From positions 75,020,001-75,084,000 of the forward strand of contig OZ024747.1 of NCBI GenBank assembly GCA_964016885.1: a DNA stretch of 64,000 nucleotides. Direction: 5' to 3'. The notes under the pieces were generated by a model. That model saw nothing but the letters and a program-made list of their open reading frames with translations. It ran no database searches and had not been told where the DNA came from. This document shows positions 26,694-38,624 of this stretch, one piece after another. Numbering within the stretch: position 1 is the first letter of the stretch; the number at the start of each line of letters is the position of its first letter. The translations under genes and the position numbers were made by a program. The DNA comes from Eledone cirrhosa. Lineage: Eukaryota.

Positions 26694-27519
26694 TTGGATA
26701 ATGTACAATAATTTTACAAATAAACATTTGAAGGCCTTTAGCTATGAATTTGAAAAGGTGGTGGCAGGGCACCACCTAGTGAGTTCCAACAAAAGCAAAG
26801 AGAAATTATCGACACCTGTTACTAGCTTATTGGCCATTGCTGGAATTCAAAATAGGTGCAAACATATATATAGACACACATAGAGAGAGACTGGTTTTGT
26901 TGGGAAGGTAGATAGAGTTCATAGGTAACTAGTTGATCTATGTATTAGTTAAAAAGAAGAAAGAAAAAAAGCTCACTTTATTAGCTTCTGTATGAAAATC
27001 TAGATTGAAAATGAAAAACACTGAATTTCTTGTGTAAATAATACTTTGACAAAGAAAGAATTGTAGGTGTGGCTATTAAATGCCAGGTAAGGCAAATGAA
27101 AGGTAGCAGTTACATGGCAAATATAGTTTACTTTAAACCTAACAGGTTAATAGTGGTTGAGAGTTGACCTGTTTTTGTTGTGACAATGACCCCCCCCCCT
27201 CCAGATTGTCATGATAAGCTGAAAATAGCTTGCTTATTTGGTTTTCATCTGAAATGTATTCAATTGCCTTCCATCATTATTATTATTATTAAGCTTTGTC
27301 CCTTCACTCTGTTGAGAATAATTTACCTACCAGAAATGAGGAAATGTTTTAAATTAAATGAAACCAGTCTATTCTCACGTAAAGTCTGTTGAATATCTTA
27401 GACTGGGAGTTTTTGTTAACTAGTTGTATGACATTAGCTTGACACTTTGCCATTCCTTGTCTGTCAAATACATACTGGTATTAAAGTTGATATAGAAGGC
27501 TTCACTGTAAACTAATAAT

Positions 27520-27700
27520 TGTTTCTACTTTTGGCACAAGGCCAGCAATTATCCCAGTGTATTACTGGTACTTTATTTTATCGACCCCGTAAGGATAAAA
27601 GGTAAAGTTAACCTTGGCGGGATTTGAACTCAGAATGGCAAGGGCCGTAACTCTATGCGTCAAAGCATGGCATCCGACCCTCTGCTGATACTGCCAATAC
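27520..27700 (-). mobile_element. SINE, same family as 10098-10885
   Basis: Reverse complement of the 10500-10690 unit. Confidence 0.85.
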
Positions 27701-29385
27701 TAATAATAGGTCGTATAAACCCACTGAACAGAACATGTGGGTTCAACTCCCATGTTTGCTGATTCCCATGTTTTTTCCATTCAGTTGGTTTATACACTCT
27801 GTTATTGTTGAATTATTTTATGTTGTCAAAAAGTTAAGGTGAAACCATCTATTTCAATTTCCAAACTCTGCCTGCTGCTTTCTAAATATACTTCCTTTCT
27901 TTACATACTGGTCTGCTTTAATTTAGTTTGGAAAAAAACAAGACCAAAGTAAATAAAGCAAATTTGATTAAAATCTTTCTTGTCATCATCATTCATCATT
28001 TCATTTTATGTCCACTTTTTCCCTGCTTGCAAAAATTTAAGTGTAATTCCAGCGCTGGTACTCTAAGAGTTAATAGTTAAAAGGGTTTGTGTAAGGATGT
28101 TTATCATTTACTAGTTTCTATGATTAGACAGCTGCCATACATACTAGGGAAACACCTTCAAGGGATTTAGGTAATTGTATTTTATATGAAACCCTTACAA
28201 ATTCAGTTCTGTATGAGCAAGACATTGTCATCTGACCTAGCGTGTTTCAAAATGGATGTTAAACATTGATGACGATGATGAACTTTCAAAGGTACTCTGG
28301 AAATGCTTATTGAATCCTTTTGATACCAATCCTCCTGAAACTGCTATTGGTTTTATGATATAAAACTGCCTTTGTGACTAAGTGGTTAGAGAATAGGATT
28401 CGCAATTGTAAGGTTGTGAGTTTGATTCCTGGAGCAGGGGATGCTTTATGAAATTTAAAATTAGGTTGTGAACTTTATTCACCATAAATTTAGTGTTGCT
28501 ATCTTTTAAAGAAATTACAATAAGATCAATGTAAAATGCATGCATTAGGCTGACAATCCATTGTAATTTCTGAATGAACTTGTGTGGGTTGGGAAAGTTT
28601 GCATCCAAAGAGGAAATAATTTCTGTATAGCTTGTAGTGGTTTCATTGATCGGAAAGGTGGAGCAGATAAATGGTAAATGTGATGCTTGAAGTGTGTTTG
28701 TAGTGAGAGGAAAGCAGGGCAGGGAAGAAGATCTCAGAAGGTGGAAGTTCATTGCAAGAAATAACTTTTGTAATGCTTGACTTAGGATTGAAGTAGAGAA
28801 AGAGAAAGATAGGTACAATGAGTAGGTTCTAGAGGAGACTGAGTGCAGATGTAAATTCTTAAGAGCTGAGTTAATTGTAGAAGTTGTGGCTGAATAGATA
28901 ATCAAGGCGACATCTTAAATTGTGGGAAACTACTGTGCTATGAATTGAGATTGAAGGATAATGGACTGTATTATGTGGTACAGTGGTTAGTAATTTGGTC
29001 CCACAATCATCAGGCCATGAGTTTTTCACCCTTGGTCCTGATATACATTATGTCCTTGAGTAAGGTTCTTCATTTTGCTCCAGGTCCTTCAAGTTGCTCC
29101 AGGAGTTCACTCAGTTAAAAAATGAGTATCAGGAGCAGCATATGAAAAATAATTTTCTAGCGGGCTGGTATCCCATTCAAATCTTGTACTTTCAGTTGCT
29201 TAATGCCACATAAAACCAACACTGGACAGTTCCAGAAAGCTTTATATATATATATATTATGAAGAGATGGGATCTGACTCTTTATAATATAACCACATTC
29301 TACTACCCTAAGTATTGTGTACTCTGTTGAGTAATGGTCTAACCAGTTTCAAACTGAATCCATCCTGATTTATAAATATATATAT

Positions 29386-29608
29386 ACCCAGCCCACACTG
29401 TAAAGTGGACATGTAGGTGCCACGGAAAAAAGCACCCAGCACTCACTGTAAATGAGGTTGGTGTTAGGAAGGGCATCCAGCTGTAGAAATCAAGCCAGAA
29501 TCAGTTCCTGTATGAGCAAGACAAGGTCAGCCGACTGGACACTGCCCACAACAGGACAACCCGTCTAACCCATGCTAGCGTGGAAGAACGGACATAAAAC
29601 GATGATGA

Positions 29609-29612
<4 letters not shown>
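29386..29612 (+). mobile_element. 3'-UTR-only copy of the family A LINE
   Basis: Matches about 9050-9278; (GAT)n tail; TA flanks. Confidence 0.9.
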
Positions 29613-29649
<37 letters not shown>

Positions 29650-29667
29650 TATATGTATATACATACA

Positions 29668-29780
29668 CATCATCATCATCACCGTTTTACGTCCGTTCTT
29701 CCACGCTAGCATGGGTTAGACGGGTTGTCCTGTTGTGGGCAGTGTCTGGTCGGCTGACCATGCCTTGCTAATACAGGAAC
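29668..29780 (-). mobile_element. 3'-end-only copy of the family A LINE, tail-to-tail with the previous copy
   Basis: Reverse complement of about 29504-29612. Confidence 0.9.
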
Positions 29781-30394
29781 ACACACATATATATATATAT
29801 ATATACATACACATATATATATATATATATATATGCATAGCCAATAAAAACACATGCACATGTTGGTTTTCACTTCAATTTATTGGTTGGTTCAGTAACC
29901 AGATGGTTTTTTATATATTGTCAAAGCTCTTTTGTCACACATTCTGTGACCTCCTCACTGGCTGGGTTTTTATATATATAATGATCATCACTGTTTAAAT
30001 TGTGAATTGTAGAAATACTTTGTCAGGAATGTTCAACATTCACCACAATGCTAATGATAACAAGTGTCTTTACTGGTAGACAAATTGTTGTAAACATTTG
30101 TATTGTTGGTGTAATAAATTAAAATTTTTAATGTGATGTAAGTTGTCTTGCCAATGTGGTTTAATGAAGTACAGCATGTTAAAAGTTACAGGCAATTTAG
30201 CTATTGTTACAAGCAAGTCATGTAAACCTTGTAGAGAAGATCCTTCATTGGATCCTCTCAAATAGATAAATTTTGGCTGAGGCGTCACTCATTCGATTAG
30301 TCTAGTGGAAGAAAATTGTTGTTATGAATGTTTAGTGAGAAAATATGGTGTCAATAACAGACATAGTAATGGAGTTGTAAAGATAGTGTTACTG

Positions 30395-31220
30395 ATGGTA
30401 GTGGTGGTGGTAGTAGTGGTGGTGCTGATGGTAGAAGTGGTGATGATGGTGGTAGTAGTAGTGGGGGTGGTGGTTTAGTGGTGATATTAGTAGTGGTGGT
30501 GCTGATGGTAGAAGTGGTGATGATGGTGGTAGTAGTAGTAGTGTTGGTAGTGGGGGTGGTGGTTTAGTGGTGATATTAGTAGTGTTGGTTGTAGTGGTGG
30601 TGGTAGTAGTGGTGGTGGTGCTGATGGTAGAAGTGGTAGTGATGGTAGTAGTAGTGTTGGTAGTGGGGGTGGTGGTTTAGTGGTGATATTAGTAGTGTTG
30701 GTGGTGTTGGTTGTAGTGGTGGTAGTAGTAGTGGTGGTGGTGATGGTAGAAGTGGTGGTGATGGTGGTAGTAGTAGTAGTGTTGGTAGTGGGGGTGGTGG
30801 TTTAGTGGTGATATTAGTAGTGTTGGTTGTAGTGGTGGTGGTAGTAGTGGTGGTGGTGCTGATGGTAGAAGTGGTAGTGATGGTAGTAGTAGTGTTGGTA
30901 GTGGGGGTGGTGGTTTAGTGGTGATATTAGTAGTGTTGGTGGTGTTGGTTGTAGTGGTGGTAGTAGTAGTGGTGGTGGTGATGGTAGAAGTGGTGGTGAT
31001 GGTGGTAGTAGTAGTAGTGTTGGTAGTGGGGGTGGTGGTTTAGTGGTGATATTAGTAGTGTTGGTTGTAGTGGTGGTGGTAGTAGTGGTGGTGGTGCTGA
31101 TGGTAGAAGTGGTAGTGGAGGTGGTGGTTTAGTGGTGATATTAGTAGTGTTGGTGGTGATGGTAGTGGTGGTGGTAGCGGTGGTGATGGTAGTAGTAGCA
31201 GCAGCAGTAGTAGTGGTGGT
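30395..31220. repeat. (GGT/AGT)n-derived repeat with a 238-bp higher-order period
   Basis: GCTGATGGTAGAAGTGGTAG recurs at 30620, 30858 and 31096. Confidence 0.85.
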
Positions 31221-31360
31221 AGAGAGTATGATGGAATAATTTCAATGTAATGCTTTAATTAACATGTAGCTTTTTATGTGTTTTATGGGTTTTTTCCCCT
31301 CCAAAATAAATTGTTGTATTCCAAACTGATCAATACAGGAAATAATTGTATTTCGGATTG

Positions 31361-32748
31361 AGGATAGTTGTAGGTGTATATAGATATCATGTGTGTATAT
31401 AGGGATAGTTGTAGGTGTATATATATATCATGTGTATATATAGGGATAGTTGTAGGTGTATATATATATCATGTGTATATATAGGGATAGTTGTAGGTGT
31501 ATATATATATCATGTGTGTATATAGGGATAGTTGTAGGTGTATATATATATCATGTGTATATATAGGGATAGTTGTAGGTGTATATATATATCATGTGTA
31601 TATAGGGATAGTTGTAGGTGTATATATATATCATGTGTGTATATAGGGATAGTTGTAGGTGTATATATATATCATGTGTATATATAGGGATAGTTGTAGG
31701 TGTATATATATATCATGTGTGTATATAGGGATAGTTGTAGGTGTATATATATATCATGTGTGTATATAGGGATAGTTGTAGGTGTATATATATATCATGT
31801 GTATATATAGGGATAGTTGTAGGTGTATATATATATCATGTGTATATATAGGGATAGTTGTAGGTGTATATATATATCATGTGTATATATAGGGATAGTT
31901 GTAGGTGTATATATATATCATGTGTATATATAGGGATAGTTGTAGGTGTATATATATATCATGTGTATATATAGGGATAGTTGTAGGTGTATATATATAT
32001 CATGTGTATATATAGGGATAGTTGTAGGTGTATATATATATCATGTGTATATATAGGGATAGTTGTAGGTGTATATATAGGGATAGTTGTAGGTGTATAT
32101 ATATATCATGTGTGTATATAGGGATAGTTGTAGGTGTATATATATATCATGTGTATATATAGGGATAGTTGTAGGTGTATATATATATCATGTGTGTATA
32201 TAGGGATAGTTGTAGGTGTATATATATATCATGTGTATATATAGGGATAGTTGTAGGTGTATATATATATCATGTGTATATATAGGGATAGTTGTAGGTG
32301 TATATATATATCATGTGTATATATAGGGATAGTTGTAGGTGTATATATATATCATGTGTGTATATAGGGATAGTTGTAGGTGTATATATATATCATGTGT
32401 GTATATAGGGATAGTTGTAGGTGTATATATATATCATGTGTATATATAGGGATAGTTGTAGGTGTATATATATATCATGTGTATATATAGGGATAGTTGT
32501 AGGTGTATATATATATCATGTGTATATATAGGGATAGTTGTAGGTGTATATATATATCATGTGTATATATAGGGATAGTTGTAGGTGTATATATATATCA
32601 TGTGTATATATAGGGATAGTTGTAGGTGTATATATATATCATGTGTATATATAGGGATAGTTGTAGGTGTATATATATATCATGTGTATATATAGGGATA
32701 GTTGTAGGTGTATATATATATCATGTGTATATATAGGGATAGTTGTAG
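31361..32748. repeat. 41-bp minisatellite, about 34 copies
   Basis: Unit AGGGATAGTTGTAGGTGTATATATATATCATGTGTRTATAT; period 41 (31401, 31442). Confidence 0.97.
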
Positions 32749-32864
32749 GAGGTGTGTATATATATATATATTTATACTCACATATATAATATGTATATAA
32801 ATGTGTATATGTTATATATGTATGTTTGTATGTATATATGTATATATATATGTATATATATGTA

Positions 32865-32930
<66 letters not shown>

Positions 32931-33314
32931 GTATATATCATCATCACTATTTCAGCACTGGCATGGGTTTGACATGTTATCCTGTTGTGAGCAATGCTAG
33001 GTCAAATCCCTATTATTTTCAACTTTTCAGTGTATGTATGTATACATAACCCATGTATGTATACATAACCCATGTATGTATACATAAACCATGCTAGCGT
33101 GGAAGATGGCCGTTAAACGAAGATGATGATGATGTGTTAGTATTGGGGCGTAGTCATGTATGTATATGTGTTATTGGGGTGTCTGTCCACATGTCCAGTG
33201 CTACTTTACCTAATTTCCTCTACTATTCTTTATAGTCATCAACTATTATTATGATAATTTGTGTTTGGATGATTCATGTCAAATTTCCCCTCTGCTTCCT
33301 AAGTCAAATGGTTT

Positions 33315-33356
<42 letters not shown>

Positions 33357-33599
33357 ACCTGTTCCAACCATCCAACTGAGGCCTTGCTGGGACATCGCCT
33401 TTGTTGCTTCACTTTCTATAGCCAGCCTATGTTGGCTGGCCATTGATGTAGGCAGGAGTTTATTGCTGCTGGTTACTTTCATTCCCTGCTGTGGGTTCTA
33501 AAAACATCCACGTTCACACCAAACAGTGTATGTATGTATGTATACATACACTGTTTTTTTACCAGCTTCTTAAAGAGTTGGGGTCCTTTGAACCCTAGG

Positions 33600-34335
33600 C
33601 TATTGCAATATCTTCTTCATACTCTAGATGTGAAAGACAGGATATTTGGCACCACACAGTAACATCCTGTTCAGGGGCTGGGCCAGCTCTCAATGCCCAA
33701 GTTTGGTGCTAGTCCTTCCAGGATCTTCAATATGTATATCAGTGCGTACCTCTCCCGTCTTCGTTCCAAGGAGTAGAGGTTCAGTTCTTTTAGCCTCTCC
33801 CAGTAGCTTATCTCCTTCATTGTGGCAATCCTCTTGGTGTAGCTTCATTAGATTGCTTCAAGCTCCATGGTTAGTTTAACACTATGGGGTGACCACAGCT
33901 GGGAGCAATAGTCCAGTTAACTTAGGACAAATGTCCTCCATAGTACCAACATAGTTTCTTGGTCTTTTCTTTTGAAGTCCTCAATATCCAACCAGCGAGT
34001 CGTCTGTACATTGTCATTTTCATGTGTAAATAAAACGATGCATCATCACTCATGTCTATACCCAGGTCTTGTATCGATTTCAACACAGGGATTTCAATCC
34101 CTCCTGGTCTGGTGTAGCTTTGTTGTACTGTCCTTATGTTTGCAGATTGATATTGTAGGGCTTGAAATTTTCCAGCTTTAAATTGCATGTTGTTGTCCTC
34201 AGTCCATTTGTATATGGCATCCAGATCTTGTTGTAAAAGGGCAGCATCAGCCGGGTTCTTCATTGCCTGTGCTACCTTTGTGTCATCAGCATAGGTTGTG
34301 AGGGATGTTGTATGTACTACAGAGGGTATGTGAGA
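33600..34335 (-). pseudogene. Decayed CR1-group LINE RT fragment
   Basis: YADDTKV..LQQDLDAIYKWTEDNNMQF..KFQ..DLGI motif within ORF 33922-34461; frameshifted downstream. Confidence 0.8.
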
Positions 34336-34499
34336 GAACCACCAAAAACATATGAGAGAGAGGGAGAGTCTGTGGCACTGAGACCAAGGAGACCACTCAT
34401 CATGGGCGTATTCAATACATGGGGAGATGCAGAGTGGGTAAAATCCTGACAATGGTGCCAAGTGGTTGGGATTTACCTATTTCTTTCTATATATACACA

Positions 34500-34536
<37 letters not shown>

Positions 34537-34537
<1 letters not shown>

Positions 34538-34700
34538 ATCATTTTATGTCTGTTGTTCCTTACATGCATGGGTTGGATGGGTCCCTCTCAATATAGCATC
34601 TCTCCACTTCTCATGTCATTAAGAGTTTTAGTAATTTGAGATCAGCTCTTGCTACTTCCATCCAGGTCTTCCTTGTCTTCTACTGCAGCTTTCTTCCACA
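34537..34700 (-). mobile_element. 3' end of a third RTE-type LINE family with a short 3' UTR
   Basis: The minus strand encodes RKTWMEVARADL..WRDAILRGTHPTHA, running directly into the CCAACCCATGCATG..TAAAATGATG terminus. (TA)n lies adjacent. Confidence 0.7.
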
Positions 34701-34827
34701 AATAACACACACACACCACACCACACACCACACATATGTGTGTGTGTTATAAAGAGTGAGGGCCCGAAGGCTGAGCTCTTGCTGTTTTACTGAATAATGG
34801 TCTAACTAGTTTAATACTGGTTTAATC

Positions 34828-34863
<36 letters not shown>

Positions 34864-34896
34864 ATATCCATATTTTTCTTATTGACAAGGCTGCAT

Positions 34897-34987
<91 letters not shown>

Positions 34988-35264
34988 CACCACTGTTTAA
35001 CGACCATGTTTCCATGCTGGTATGGAAAAAAAAATATATATATAATCATGTAATGAAAGAGAGAGGGAGAAGTATATATGTGTGCGTATATATATAATGA
35101 TATAATGAGAGAGAGAGGGTGTTATGTGTAGTAGATGTTAGTATAGGATCCATTGAAAGAGGCCATTTAGCATTAATGTATAAACAATCTCCCTGTTAAC
35201 ATTGTTTCATCTACAGAATTCTCTTGATATCTCTCTGAAGAATATATTAAGCCTGTTAGAACCA

Positions 35265-36757
35265 CATAGTAACTACCATGTCACACACACACACACACAC
35301 ACAGTAACTACCATGTGGGTAGACACACACACACATAGTAACTACCATGTCACACACACATACACACAGTAACTACCGTGTGGGTAGACACACACACACA
35401 TAGTAACTACCATGTCACACACAGTAACTACCATGTGGGTAGACACACACACATAGTAACTACCATGTCACACACACACACACACACACACACAGTACCA
35501 TGTGGGTAGACACACACACACACATAGTAACTACCATGTCACACACACATACACACAGTAACTACCATGTGGGTAGACACACACACACATAGTAACTACC
35601 ATGTCACACACACACACACACAGTAACTACCATGTGGGTAGACACACACACACACACATAGTAACTACCATGTCACACACACACACACACATAGTAACTA
35701 CCATGTGGGTAGACACACACACACATAGTAACTACCATGTCACACACACACACAGTAACTACCATGTGGGTAGACACACACACATAGTAACTACCATGCC
35801 ACACACACACACACATAGTAACTACCATGTGGGTAGACACACACACACATAGTAACTACCATGTCACACACACACACAGTAACTACCATGTGGGTAGACA
35901 CACACACACACATAGTAACTACCATGTCACACACACATACACACAGTAACTACCATGTGGGTAGACACACACACACATAGTAACTACCATGTCACACGCA
36001 CACACACACAGTAACTACCATGTGGGTAGACACACACACACACATAGTAACTACCATGTCACACACACACACACACACAGTAACTACCATGTGGGTAGAC
36101 ACACACACACACACACACATAGTAACTACCATGTCACACAGACATACACACAGTAACTACCATGTGGGTAGACACACACACACACACATAGTAACTACCA
36201 TGTCACACACACAGTAACTACCATGTGGGTAGACACACACACACATAGTAACTACCATGTCACACACACACACACACACAGTAACTACCATGTGAGTAGA
36301 CACACACACACACATAGTAACTACCATGTCACACACACACAGTAACTACCATGTGGGTAGACACACACACACATAGTAACTACCATGTCACACACACATA
36401 CACACAGTAACTACCATGTGGGTAGACACACACACACATAGTAACTACCATGTCACACACACACAGTAACTACCATGTGGGTAGACACACACACATAGTA
36501 ACTACCATGTCACACACACAGTAACTACCATGTGGGTAGACACACACACACACACACATAGTAACTACCATGTGGGTAGACACACACACACACACACATA
36601 GTAACTACCATGTCACACACACACACAGTAACTACCATGTCGGTAGACACACACACACACACATAGTAACTACCATGTCACACACACATACACATACACA
36701 TAGTAACTACCATGTCGGTAGACACACACACACACATAGTAACTACCATGCGGTTAG

Positions 36758-36790
<33 letters not shown>

Positions 36791-36858
36791 TACACATACA
36801 TACATAGTAACTACCATGTCAATAGACACACACACTCACACACACAGTAACTACCATG
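35265..36858. repeat. Dimeric compound minisatellite: AGTAACTACCATGT core with variable (CA)n spacers
   Basis: Alternating units TAGTAACTACCATGT(CA)n and CAGTAACTACCATGTGGGTAGA(CA)n. Confidence 0.95.
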
Positions 36859-37396
36859 GTGATGGTTTGGTATTTTGTAGTATGGTTTGGTTTGTTGATG
36901 GTTTGAAATTTCATAGTATGGATTGGTTTGATATGGTTTGGTGATGGTTTGATAATTTATAGTAAGGTTTGGTTATAGTTTGTTATTTCATAGTATGGTT
37001 TGACATCTCATAGTATGGTCTGGTTTGGTTTGATAATATATGGTTTGGTCTATTTTGGTTTGGTGAGTTTTCTGTCTACAATTTCTACCAGGAGCTGTGA
37101 CTGGTAGATAGTATCAGCAATGGAAAGACCAATGGAAACATTGTTTCCTTGGTCCAATCTTAAGAGTTTCACTTGACTCAGTGAGGTCTGGGATGGTGTC
37201 ATTAGATTCAAAATATTTACAATGATCCTATATTACTGTTGTTATCTTGGGTGATATTTAGTAAATGTGGCAGGCATGGAAGGAAGCTGATATGGGGGAT
37301 ATTTCAAATAGGAACATTAGACATTTTATAAGTTGACTTTTTAATTCTTTCTACAGTCTGCATTGCCAAGTTTTCCATTGATTGGACACAGTTTAA

Positions 37397-37606
37397 CCCT
37401 TTAGTGTTCAAACCAGCCAAAACCGGCCAGAATTCTCTACCTCTTTCTGTTGAAACTGGCTGTAACTGGCCACTCAAACTGATGTTAAGGTATTGTTCTC
37501 AAAATAAATACTTTCAAAATCTCATAGATTCGATATTATGTGAGATAATTATGCCTTTACCATGAAAATATAATAGTATTTATAAAATAATGTGAATGCT
37601 AAAGGG
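37397..37606. mobile_element. piggyBac-like MITE, best-preserved copy
   Basis: TTAA|CCCTTTAG...CTAAAGGG|TTAA; reverse complement of 6770-6989. Confidence 0.82.
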
Positions 37607-38219
37607 TTAAAGCTGAAAAATATATCTTGTTTGGTTCACTCTCTCTTACACACTCTGTCTCTCTTGCTCTCTCTCTCTTGCTCACTCTCACCCTCTCTCT
37701 CTTGCTCTTTCTTTATCTCCCTCACCCCCTCCCTCTCTTGCTCTTTCTCTCTCTCTCACTCCCCCCTCTCTCTTGCTCTTTCTCTCTCTCTCACTCCCCC
37801 CTTTCTCTTGCTCTTTCTCTCTCTCACTAACTCTCTCACTCTCCCTCTGTCTCTCACTCACTCTCTCTCTCTCTCATTCTGTCTCTCTCACGTACATTCT
37901 CTCTCTTACTCTCTCTATCTCTTATTCACCTATATATTTATCTATTTATTTGTACGTAAATCCTTTCTCCCCACCACCACCACCACCACCAGTTTGTTAT
38001 GGCCAGTATATATATATATATGTATATATATATACATATATATACACATACATACACATCCAGAAATAGCTGTCATAACGGCTTGAGCTCTGCCTTTGGG
38101 GTTAAACATTTTCCTATTACCCACTCTACTACCCTAAGTATTGAGTACTCTGGTGCGTTATGGTCCATCTGGTCCTTACCACAACTCCTTCGTTATATAT
38201 ATACACACACACACATATA

Positions 38220-38259
<40 letters not shown>

Positions 38260-38624
38260 GTTCAAGAGTAACCAATCTTAAAGAGAGAGATGGAGATAGG
38301 AGAAGAGAGATTGGTGAATTAGTTAGAAGCCAAACTAAAAATATGTTGACAATCTTTTAATAATGTCTTCCTTGTCAAATTTGTGGTCTTGTTTTGGTTA
38401 ACTAATGAATTATATATATATTTATATATATATATATACACACACACATATATATATACACACATATATATATATACATATATATATATATGTGTATATA
38501 TATATATGTGTGTATATATGTGTATATATATATATATATGTGTGTGTATATATATATATATATGTGTGTGTATATATATATATATATATATGTGTGTGTA
38601 TATATATATATATATATATGTGTG

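Noticed and set aside
28378-28905. 175-aa minus-strand ORF
   Set aside because: No recognisable domain. It may be a decayed LINE 3' region, but I cannot support a call.
35265-36858. CRISPR-like repeat/spacer appearance
   Set aside because: The spacers are only (CA)n, the context is eukaryotic, and there are no cas genes. The 65-bp and 41-bp arrays have no spacers at all.
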